DNA from: Longimicrobiales bacterium
GTDB lineage: Bacteria; Gemmatimonadota; Gemmatimonadetes; Longimicrobiales; Gaopeijiaceae
Assembly (NCBI GenBank): GCA_965238005.1
Contig: OZ250165.1
Span: 1-64,000 of the forward strand
Direction of reading: 5' to 3'
DNA: 64,000 bases
Shown here: in pieces, positions 10,404 to 19,084 of the stretch
Numbering within the stretch: position 1 is the stretch's first letter
Layout of the letters: each line of letters starts with the position of its first letter
Notes under the pieces: model-generated
Seen by the model: the letters and a program-made list of their open reading frames with translations, nothing else
Told to the model about the DNA's origin: nothing
Database searches by the model: none
Position numbers and translations under genes: made by a program

Positions 10404-10868
10404 TGTCCTGATCCCAAGAACGCAAGGACCATGTCCTCGAGTTTACGGGAGCGGCATGCGGGCGGTAGCGGCACGGCCTGCTGAGTCCTTCGGGTTTGCC
10501 GAGCGGGAGAATCCAGTAGGATTACCGGTAGCCGCACGGTCGGTGATCCGAAGATAACCCGGTGCTCTCGGCTGCGGTACCGACCGGAAGAGGGCCCGTG
10601 CACCCGCATAAGTCATTGTACACACGGTACGCGACGAGGGCACCTAGCACAGAATGAATGGACTCGGGGCTCGAGTATCTTGGGCCGAAACATCCGAACA
10701 GGAGACAGGCCCACCCCACCCGAGGTTCCCCCCGAACTGGGCAGTCTCGCCAGCGGGAACTCTCTTCAGGCCACCTCCCGAGCCAGGTTGGTCGCTTCCC
10801 CGAGTCGCCACAGATCGGGTGGTGTTAGTTTCCCAATCTGCTGCAGTGCTCGAACCCTGCTGGAAGCC

Positions 10869-12326
10869 ATGGATAAACTTTTGTCACGGGAGCAACCTCC
10901 ACGCTCGACAGACGAAGAGGCAGATCGCTTTCTCGACTTGGTGAATCGCGCCGGGTTCTGGCAATCCATCGATCTACGGGTCTGCGCCATACGTCGCGGC
11001 CGCAGTTGGGTGAACCTCGTCACCCGCGGTTTCCTAGACCATCGCACCACTGGGTCAGTTCCGGCGTTTTCCTCGGTCGATCGGCAGGACTTCCGCGCCT
11101 GGCAGGTGGTCCTTCCGATCACCGACTTGCCCGGCGTCGTGCATGGGATGGTCAGCGGTGCGGCGAGGTTGGGGCCGTCCTCCGTCCGATGCATCGACGG
11201 ATCGGGACAGCCTGCGATGGAGATGAGATGCGTCTTCAGCGAGTTGGCCGCATCCTATCGGAGGGCCGAGTACGACCTTTGGAGCTGCCACGCCCTCGTG
11301 GGCCGTGGCTCCTCGATGTGGGAAGTTGTGAGGCAGGCTATTCCCGATCCGTTCGATCTGGACAACATCATTCGCAGTGGACCGAATGCATACGATGGGC
11401 TTTCCGATCTGGTGCGAAGATTCTGCGCGCGGCCCCGGGCACTGGGGGTTCAACGCGAGGAACTACAAGAGGTCCAAAGCAAGATTACCACCGTCGACTT
11501 GATCGCCCCGCTGGCCGTGAGTTTCGATCGCGGGAAGGTAAACGCTTCGCTCGACCACGTGCGCGTTGCCCTGCGGGCCGCCGCGGACGTCTTTGTCGCG
11601 AACGCGGAGCTTGTCTGGACCTTGGGCTCTTCGGGAGAGCCCCTGCGTCACGGATCGGCCAAGCTCGGCGAGCGCGATTGGGCGGAGGTTGGGAGTGCCC
11701 TCCACTCGCAACTGGACATCCCGATCCGGAAGGGTGACGCCACCGTTACGCTCTTCATTCTCGTCGGAGGCGGGTGTGTGGACTGCGTGTCTGTGCCTCT
11801 CGCAGGCTCCAATCCTCGGATTAGAGCTTACAACGTCTTAGACCCAGACGGTCACGAGTTCGTCGAGAAGCTGCGGGACGAAGAGTGGCGCAATGCGAAG
11901 GAGTTTGAGGCTGCCGTTGGTCAGCTATTCTTCTTCTTGGGCTTCCAGGTGGACCCCCTGTGCGCACAGAAAGGGCTGGGGAACGCTGTCGATCACCTCG
12001 CTCATGAACCGAGTTCTTCCATCATCCTGGCTATCGAATGTACGGTCGGGCCAGCAGACGGGGGCGGAAAGCTGAGCAAGTTGATTGCTCGGTCAAAAAA
12101 TTTGCGGAGCAGACTTCCCGACAGCGAAGTGATCGCGGTCCTCGCGACCGCCAGACCACATGCGGAGCTATCCAAGACCGAGGTGGAGAAGGCCGAGCGT
12201 GATGATGTTGTGCTTCTCGCCCAAGAGGATCTTCATGACCTTTGGACCGAGGCGCAGGCCGGAGAGACTAGTGCCCAGGCGGTCCGCCGGTTCCGCCACC
12301 AGCTTTTCCAACGAATGATGTCGTGA
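10869..12326 (+). CDS. hypothetical protein with C-terminal PD-(D/E)XK restriction-endonuclease-like domain
   Basis: EFEAAVGQLFFFLGF...AVDHLA...LAIECT resembles an Mrr-like nuclease motif. The frame is open from 10680, so the start is uncertain. Confidence 0.65.
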   Translation: MDKLLSREQPPRSTDEEADRFLDLVNRAGFWQSIDLRVCAIRRGRSWVNLVTRGFLDHRTTGSVPAFSSVDRQDFRAWQVVLPITDLPGVVHGMVSGAARLGPSSVRCIDGSGQPAMEMRCVFSELAASYRRAEYDLWSCHALVGRGSSMWEVVRQAIPDPFDLDNIIRSGPNAYDGLSDLVRRFCARPRALGVQREELQEVQSKITTVDLIAPLAVSFDRGKVNASLDHVRVALRAAADVFVANAELVWTLGSSGEPLRHGSAKLGERDWAEVGSALHSQLDIPIRKGDATVTLFILVGGGCVDCVSVPLAGSNPRIRAYNVLDPDGHEFVEKLRDEEWRNAKEFEAAVGQLFFFLGFQVDPLCAQKGLGNAVDHLAHEPSSSIILAIECTVGPADGGGKLSKLIARSKNLRSRLPDSEVIAVLATARPHAELSKTEVEKAERDDVVLLAQEDLHDLWTEAQAGETSAQAVRRFRHQLFQRMMS

Positions 12327-13264
12327 GAGCCAGTCAGACTTTCCGATTCCTCAAAGCGAGGCGACGAGTGATTGTTCAAGGAGCACGCTGGCTCAGACTT
12401 TGGCTTGGACCGATCTGGGTCGCAATAGTACTCGCCGTTGTCTCTGCAGGAGGTCTTTACGTCCTTGGTAGATGGTATGAAGAATTCAGCGATATGTACC
12501 AGGGAGTATTTGTGGAAGCTGTTGGAGCGGTGATGGATATCATTGTGTTTGGGATCATCATCGCTCTATTCGTTTTCATCAGAGAGCGCCGACGAGAAGT
12601 CTCCAGGCAGATGGAGTTGATAGACGACTTCAAGAAATGGAATTCAGAAGAAGCTCGCCATCGAATTGCCGGTGCGATCAAGAGGCTGAACCGATTGGGA
12701 CGAACTGCGATTGATTTCACCGGCATCGAGATAAGCCATTTCTCATTCCGGCGTCACGGTATAACTAGAATCGTGGGTTCGACATTTTTCGATGGTGTCT
12801 GGTACACTATAGGCGACAGAGATCATGTGAAGTTAGAGGATGTAGATTTTGCCGATGTGAATTGCCAGAACGTCATATTTTCAAGAGGTAACCCTTTTTA
12901 CAAAATAGGAAGAGCTTTTGCTTTGTTTAAGGATTGCAGATTTGTGAATGCTCAATTATGCGGTGCATTGTTTAGGGGTGCCCACATTGAATGGTCAGCG
13001 AAACCTCCGGAAGAGATGGGAGAATGGGAAGATATGGGCGATGGGACAAGAAGCTTTATACAGACATATATGCCACCGTTTATGGGGGCAAATCTTAAGG
13101 GGACATCTTTCGAAAAAGCGTCTTTCAAAAATGCGGACTTTCGAGATGCAAAGAATATTATGCACTGTGAGTTTCGTGGGGCTCGCGGTCTAGACAGATG
13201 TATGTTTGACGACGATGAAGTAAGAACATATGTGTTGGCCTCCGTTCGGCATGAGTCTCAATGA
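12323..13264 (+). CDS. membrane-anchored pentapeptide-repeat protein
   Basis: Two TM segments and repeats ANLKG/TSFEK/ASFKN/ADFRD. Visibly AT-richer than its surroundings. GTGA overlap with the upstream gene. Confidence 0.8.
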   Translation: MRASQTFRFLKARRRVIVQGARWLRLWLGPIWVAIVLAVVSAGGLYVLGRWYEEFSDMYQGVFVEAVGAVMDIIVFGIIIALFVFIRERRREVSRQMELIDDFKKWNSEEARHRIAGAIKRLNRLGRTAIDFTGIEISHFSFRRHGITRIVGSTFFDGVWYTIGDRDHVKLEDVDFADVNCQNVIFSRGNPFYKIGRAFALFKDCRFVNAQLCGALFRGAHIEWSAKPPEEMGEWEDMGDGTRSFIQTYMPPFMGANLKGTSFEKASFKNADFRDAKNIMHCEFRGARGLDRCMFDDDEVRTYVLASVRHESQ

Positions 13265-13645
13265 TTCGAGGGCTATCTGAGGTGGCGAAGCCTTTAGTGG
13301 ATGAGGCGTCGTGCTCGAGAGCGAGGGGCTCAGGCGTGTAGGACGCTCCGTCTGTTCTAATACGGTAATCACCTGACACCCAGCCTCGCCGCCGACAGCA
13401 GCAGGGACTCAAAGGCGAGGCCTTGTCACTGGGCCAGCCGACTGCTTCTGGTTCCAGGACACCCGCGACGGCTTGGACAAAGCGCCAGCACACCCTAACG
13501 CAATGGCGCATAAGTAAGTTCGGTCATGGCACGGACGGAAGCTCGAGGGCGTTGGATTCGAGCCCGCACTGACCCGCAGCGGCGCGCGGAGCGTGCCCAG
13601 ATCGTCCTGGGTTCGGGCGGTTTGGGTATCTAATGGCGTGGCAGT

Positions 13646-13788
13646 GATTCTCGCCAATCAATTCCGTATTCCCCGCCATAGGGACACGGTGGAGTCAGAT
13701 CTCGTCAAACGGCGAGGGTGGCAGATCGTGCAGTCCTGTATGAACTTATGCGATTCCTCGCTGTGATTTACGCTATCCGTGCTCCGCT
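13646..13788 (+). repeat. structured island repeat, copy B
   Basis: Invariant 13-mer at 13721-13733. Arms ACGGCGAGG and CCTCGCTGT. Confidence 0.85.
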
Positions 13789-14002
13789 GAAGGGACAAAC
13801 TGCTCGGGATCTTGCTGGGTTGCGCCCCCCCCTGGATTGCGGCCGCTCTGGGAGCGCTAAAGGCGGTTCAGATAACCGCGAGACGCCTCGCATCTTCCCC
13901 ATGATCCCGGGCCGGTGGCAGTCTGGGTATTGGAATGGCGCAAGGCCGCTAGCTAGCACGAAAGGCAGCGTTGTTTGACCTGTTGCGAAGCCACAGTGAG
14001 CA

Positions 14003-14279
14003 GCGCGAAGAGGACGGTATGGGCGTTTGCGGCCGGGCGTCGAGAATCTTCGACGCGGCGCGGAAGCTGGGCGACGGCAACAGTCCGATTATCTTCGACA
14101 ACGAGCGTGGTGGACAGCTGGACGGAAAGCCGGTTGGGGCGACTGCTGGAGAGGGGATCGCGACCGGGCGACATAGCCTCCGATCATCGTTCTGCGACTG
14201 GGCGACCGAGGAAGCGGACCATCCTCGAGAAGTCGTCGAGGCGGCCTTGCCGCGTGATCAGACTAAGGCCGAGGCGGCG
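14003..14279 (+). pseudogene. P4-type tyrosine integrase fragment
   Basis: CGRASRIFDAAR...RHSLRSSFCDWATEEADHPREVVEAAL...KAEAA. Ends just before the catalytic Tyr. Confidence 0.8.
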
Positions 14280-14315
14280 ATGATCCGCGCTGGCTGGAGA
14301 CACCGGCAGCGGCTC

Positions 14316-14458
14316 GGCCTCCCGCCATTTGATGCCGGTCTACTGCCATTCCGGTACGCTGGAATCAGATCCGGTCTAACGGCAAGAATGGCAGATCGTG
14401 CAGTCCCGGTTGAACTTACATGATTCCTTGCCGTGATTCAGACCACCGACAGTCCGCT
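14316..14458 (+). repeat. structured island repeat, copy C
   Basis: Invariant 13-mer at 14391-14403. Arms ACGGCAAG and CTTGCCGT, plus GAATCA/TGATTC. Confidence 0.85.
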
Positions 14459-14720
14459 GCCGATGCGGGAGACCTGCCGGGTGCGCTCGCGCTCGACCTC
14501 GGCCGCCGGGGCCGTCCACGTCCGCGTGCGCGCCATCGCCCGGCGTATCAGCGCCGACAGGGGCACGCCGGCGGCCGCGGCCTTGGCCCGCCAGTCGGCG
14601 AACTCGGTCGGCGAAACGCGGACGGCGACCATGACCGTGCGGCGCTTACCCATCGGGATGCGCCGCCACGGAGGGAAGGGGGGCGACGCCCCGGCGCGCG
14701 AACTCCACCGGAGCGCGGGT
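14438..14720 (-). pseudogene. mobC: MobC relaxosome accessory protein, truncated
   Basis: RRTVMVAVRVSPTEFADWRAKAAAAGVPLSALIRRAM...ERTRQVSRIG. Breaks off where the conserved NNLNQ motif should follow. No relaxase is present. Start approximate. Confidence 0.75.
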
Positions 14721-14744
14721 CTCTTGGGGTTCGAAGGGGCGGAG

Positions 14745-14790
14745 TCCCTCGCCAGCCCCTGTGTATGACACAGGGTAGGCTGGCTCTCGT
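14745..14790 (-). other. putative oriT
   Basis: Inverted repeat GCCAGCCCCTGTGT-ATG-ACACAGGGTAGGCTGGC directly upstream of mobC. Minus strand TACCCTG resembles the MOBP nic motif TATCCTG. Confidence 0.6.
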
Positions 14791-15273
14791 GCCTTAGGCG
14801 CGCCAAACACCCCCCGGCGCTGCGAACCTTGGGTCGTGGGAATCTCCATACCCGTACACGGAGAAGCCCGCACGGGGCCGTGTCAACAGCGCAAGAAGAG
14901 GCGTTGTCCGAGGGGTTCCAGCGCCGTCCCGAAGGGGAACGGGCCGCCGCCAGCGGCACCTCCATCGCTTCCCGAAGAGCCTGTTGGGGCGGCCGGTGGT
15001 GGCGGACCGGGTGTGTGCCTCAGGCCACACGCCGGAAGTCTGCTGCTGCTCCGATTGACGGTACAGAGTCGAGCCGTGGCGATGCCGACCGCCGAGTCGG
15101 AACCTGCCCTCTGACAAGATCTCCGCCGGGAGCCGACGGGTGGTGTCTTCCGCGCCACTGGCGGAGACCTCCGCCGGCTCGCGTACGTTCCCGGACATCT
15201 ACAGACAATACAAGCACTTAGGAGATTTCCTAAGAGTTGACGCGCCCGAAAACGGTGTTTCACCGTTACGGGC

Positions 15274-15555
15274 ATGAAGACGCTGGAGCAGCAGTTCAAC
15301 ACGCGGGTCAGCGCGTTCCTGGGGCGCACGGGCTTGAGCCCGACGGCGTTCGGCATGAGGGCGCTGGGAGACCCAAACCTGATGTGCCAGATCGGGCGAG
15401 GGCGTTCGCCGTCGCTGCGAACGGCGGATCGCGTTCTGGCGTTCATCTCCGACTACGACCGGGAGTCGGGCGGCGCGCGGGACCACCGCCCCGCCTTTCC
15501 GGGTGCCGGAGGCCTTCGTCAACAGCGGGGAGATCGAGGAGGAGCAGAGCGATGA
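15274..15555 (+). CDS. small Cro-like HTH regulator
   Basis: FLGRTGLSPTAFGMRALGDPNLMCQIGRGRSPSLRTADRVLAFI. Translationally coupled to alpA. Confidence 0.65.
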   Translation: MKTLEQQFNTRVSAFLGRTGLSPTAFGMRALGDPNLMCQIGRGRSPSLRTADRVLAFISDYDRESGGARDHRPAFPGAGGLRQQRGDRGGAER

Positions 15556-15566
15556 GAGACCAAACG

Positions 15567-15824
15567 ATGGACAAGAGAACGAACCCGCCGACCCGTTTCG
15601 TGCGGCTGCCCGAGGTGGTGGCCCGGACGGGCCTGTCGCGGAGCACGATCTACGTGCGGCTGGCCGAGGGGTGCTTCCCCCAGCCGGTCCCCTTGGGCGC
15701 GCGGGCGGTGGGCTGGATCGAGTCGGAGGTGGACAACTGGATCCGCGAGCGGATCGCCGAGAGCCGGGGCGAGGCCAGCCGTGCCGTCCACGCTCAGCCC
15801 TCACAGCGGCCTTTCGTCAGGTAA
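15567..15824 (+). CDS. alpA: AlpA-family regulator/excisionase
   Basis: FVRLPEVVARTGLSRSTIYVRLAEGCFPQPVPLGARAVGWIESEVDNWI. Confidence 0.9.
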   Translation: MDKRTNPPTRFVRLPEVVARTGLSRSTIYVRLAEGCFPQPVPLGARAVGWIESEVDNWIRERIAESRGEASRAVHAQPSQRPFVR

Positions 15825-16164
15825 CGTAGTCGCTCCACGCCTGCATGACTTCGGCGCGGCGCTCCAGCAAGCCGAGTTCATGCAGCGCGTCGACCTGCTC
15901 GCGCTTGACCGAGGGCTGGAAGGCGAAGTCGAAGTCCGCCAGGGTCCTCACGCACGGCAGCCGGCTGGAGCGCATCGCCGCCTCGAGGCGGCGGCTGTTG
16001 CGCAGGGTGATCTGACCCGCCAGCAGGCGCTCGACCGCTTCCGCGGCGGTCGTCCCGCCGCCTTCGACTCCGGCGAGGATCTCATCCAGCGCTTCCAAGG
16101 TGCCCGGCATCTTGAGGTCGGCGAGCTGGGCGGCGATGCGTTCCCGGCGCGACGGAGGTCTCAC
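15817..16164 (-). pseudogene. istB: IS21 IstB N-terminus fused to a P4-type integrase tail
   Basis: LADLKMPG...KTL-like RTLADFDFAFQPSVKREQVDALHELG, then LLERRAEVMQAWSDYVT. The Walker A motif is missing. Confidence 0.85.
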
Positions 16165-17369
16165 GATCCGCCTCCCGCGATCCGGGCGTACTCGGCCAGC
16201 GGGCGGTACTCGACGTCCACGAGCGGAAGGACCACCGCCTCGGCAGCCCGGCCCGGCGCCGCCTCCACGGGCCGGGGGGCCACTGGACGGTAAGTCCAAG
16301 GGGCCAAAGGCATCAGGTGAGGCCGCTCTGCCTCGAACCGCCGGGCCGGACGCTCCTTCAGGGTCCCGTGGATCCGGACGTTCGCCACGGTGTCGAGCCA
16401 CTGCACGACCTGGGCGTTCAGATCGTCGTCCGACGCGAAGCTGCGACCGTAGAAGAAGTTCTTCCGTAATGTAGCTGACCAGGCGTTCCACCTTGCCCTT
16501 GGTCTGGGCCCGGTACGGGCGGCACGCCCGGATGCGGAAGCCCAGTGCATGCTGAAGCGCAGGAACTCCGGGTTCTCGGCCAGCCGCCCGCCCTCGTCGC
16601 GCCGGTCGCCGAGGACCACGGCCTTCATCTGGTCGAACAGAAGCTCCGAGGGCACGCCGCCGAAGGACCGGAAGGCCGACTCCAGCCCCCGCATCACCGC
16701 GACCATCGTCTGCCGCTCGTAGTACTGCAGCCACATGTAGCGCGAGTAGCCCAACCACGATCAGCGCGTGCCGCTTGCCCCACGGCAGCCGGAACTCCGC
16801 GAAGTCCACCTGCGCCTGGTGGCCCGGCGGCGTCTCGAACCGCCGCACCGGCTCCTCCGGAGCCCGGGGCTGAACCTCGCGGACGTACCGCTTCACCTGG
16901 CCGTAGCCGCCCGGATAGCCCGCCGCCCGAACCTCGTCGAACAGGCGTGCGGCACTGAGCTCGGGATACTCGGCCAGACGGGCGTTGATGATCTCTTTGT
17001 ACGGATCAAGCTTCGAGGACCGCCCGCGCCTCGGCCCGTATCTTACAGCCTCGCCGTCCAACTCCCGGTCCAGCTGTCCCGCCGCGATCCAGCGGTGCAC
17101 CGTCCGCCGGTTGATGCCGAGCTGCCGCGCGATGGCGGACTTGCTCATCCCCTGCTCCAAATAGTGCCGCAACAGCACCCGCGTCTCTCTCCCGATCATT
17201 ACGCCTCCACCGCTCAGTGAAGACGCCAACGTATCAACTCCGCCGAAGACGCCTGGAGTGCCGTGACGGCGGGCTTGCAGCCTATGGCTTGCGACTTCCA
17301 CCGGCGAGATACGTGGCCCGGGTGTTTCGTCATTGGTTGAGGAGTTGCCTGATGGGACACCTATTGACC
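15870..17369 (-). mobile_element. IS21-family remnant
   Basis: istA-istB arrangement. The probable left end (GTCAATAGGTGTCCC) abuts a truncated lipoprotein gene. Confidence 0.75.
16161..17199 (-). pseudogene. istA: IS21 transposase IstA, frameshifted
   Basis: HTH N-terminus, RFETPPGHQAQVDF, GYSR, LLFDQMK and CRPYRAQTKGKVER are spread over several frames. Confidence 0.9.
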
Positions 17370-17533
17370 CGACCTCCCACCGTTGCCGCACTCGGCGAGA
17401 CCGACACCGTCGCAATTGCGTCGAGAGGGTCAGGGCCGGTCGGCCCAGAGGATTCTGATCCACTGCACGCGCCTACAAGAAGGCTCCCTGCGACAGCGAT
17501 TCCTGTGGTCCAGCTTGGAACCTGGCCCATCAC
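17370..17533 (-). pseudogene. lipoprotein N-terminus interrupted by IS21
   Basis: Lipobox LLVGAC followed by ATVSVSPSAATV, the start of an Ig-like domain. Confidence 0.55.
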
Positions 17534-18024
17534 ACGCCCCCTTCGCCGAGCTCACGCTCGATCGTGTAGCGGCCCTCGAGGGCAGCGTTCAGGCGGATGA
17601 TGGGATCGGACACGGGCGCACTCCGGGATCAGACCGAGGTCAACATCCGAGAGCGGGCCGGTAGGCGCAAGCAGAAGCCCGTCAGACGCCTACAAACACG
17701 TCCTGAGCGTCTTCGGGCTTTGGGGTAGGCTGGAGCGTCCTCGTGGCTTAGAGGGCCGTTATTGGCTCGCTGATCCGTAGGCGACTACAGCAGCACCAAT
17801 GGCAGCCCCAGCGCGAAGATCCCCGACACGATGAGCACGCTCACGAAGCCGCGCTCCACCTCCAAGTTTTCCGCGTTAGCAGCACTCGCTTGCGCGCTCT
17901 TGATTTCGGGGGGCTGATAGGTGTTTGGCGGTACAGCCCATCCCCACCGACCGATTGTCGCTCTCCGACCGTCCTTGGGCGCTAGCGGCGGCAACGACGA
18001 AGTCCATCGGAGGTCCCGTCGCGA

Positions 18025-18927
18025 TTAGGTGGGTCTCGTGAATTGCGCGATCGTGCCTTGCAGATGGGTTTCGGACATCCCGACGGCCGCGGAGATCTCC
18101 CCGATGAGGTTCTTCTCCTCTTCGGCCACAGCACCGTCCGCAAGCGCCACCATGAGCGCCGCCTTGACGACAATCTCCTTCCCTTCATCGTTGAGATGAG
18201 GCGACAATGCAGTGAGGGAGGCTAGGAGGTCCACCCCCCCTGACTGTGCGACTGCCGCCTCAGCTCGAATCGCGTCTTCCGGAAGTTCAACGCCCGTCAA
18301 TTGCTGATAGACCGCGGCGATCGTCGACACCTCATCGTCACCAACGCTGCCATCGGCCAGCATCATTCTCATCATGGCAAGCCTGATGGCCTGTTCGAAC
18401 TCCGCCGTCACCTCCTCCGCTGTCTTCCTGCCGGAGCCCATTCCGAAGGCGGTCACCATCCCGAGCCCAAAGAAGATGAAGTCCATTGGGGCGAAGCTTC
18501 CGAGAAACCCCCCTTGGGAGATCGCTGCCCGGATCTCCGGCAGGCTCGCTTCGACGTTTGCTCGTGTTTCCGCCTCCTTTCCCCGGCGGAACGTAGCGCG
18601 CTCGTCATCGCTCCATTCGCTCCAGCGTGGACCCGCCTCGGCCCATACCGCGGGGGGATAGTCCGACTGACTTGACGCGTTGGCCGGATCGACCCCCTGC
18701 GGCCAGACCATCTCACGGCCGGCGGATTGGAACTCGCCTGCAACGTCGTCTGCGAGGAACGAGACGACATACTCCTCGTCGTCGAAGCGCTCTGTGAACA
18801 TGCCGACCAGCTCGGCGTCGCTCGGCATGAGCATTTCGACAGCGGCGTACTCGATTCGAACCGGCGACCCCCTGAACCCCATTACGCTCAGTATATACGC
18901 TATATCACGGGAGATGCCTGGTTTCAT
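18025..18927 (-). CDS. TerB-like domain membrane protein (N-terminus uncertain)
   Basis: MMLADGSVGDDE and VALADGAVAEEEK TerB-type ADG motifs, preceded by a TM segment. Confidence 0.7.
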   Translation of the reverse strand: MKPGISRDIAYILSVMGFRGSPVRIEYAAVEMLMPSDAELVGMFTERFDDEEYVVSFLADDVAGEFQSAGREMVWPQGVDPANASSQSDYPPAVWAEAGPRWSEWSDDERATFRRGKEAETRANVEASLPEIRAAISQGGFLGSFAPMDFIFFGLGMVTAFGMGSGRKTAEEVTAEFEQAIRLAMMRMMLADGSVGDDEVSTIAAVYQQLTGVELPEDAIRAEAAVAQSGGVDLLASLTALSPHLNDEGKEIVVKAALMVALADGAVAEEEKNLIGEISAAVGMSETHLQGTIAQFTRPT

Positions 18928-19084
18928 TGGGGTTTTCGAGAAAATTTCCCGGAGTCGGAGTCCTGGATTCCAGGCTTTCAGCGGGGTTACGTAGTGGAGA
19001 AGGTATTGGAGTGCGGCTTGGATCCCGCTACATCACGTGGGCAATGCGGTGGCACTCCCCAAAACCCATCCCAAACTCCGGTAG

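Noticed and set aside
2507..14279. Single element integrated into the kinase gene with attP inside its integrase
   Set aside because: The sequence after 14279 does not encode the missing kinase C-terminus.
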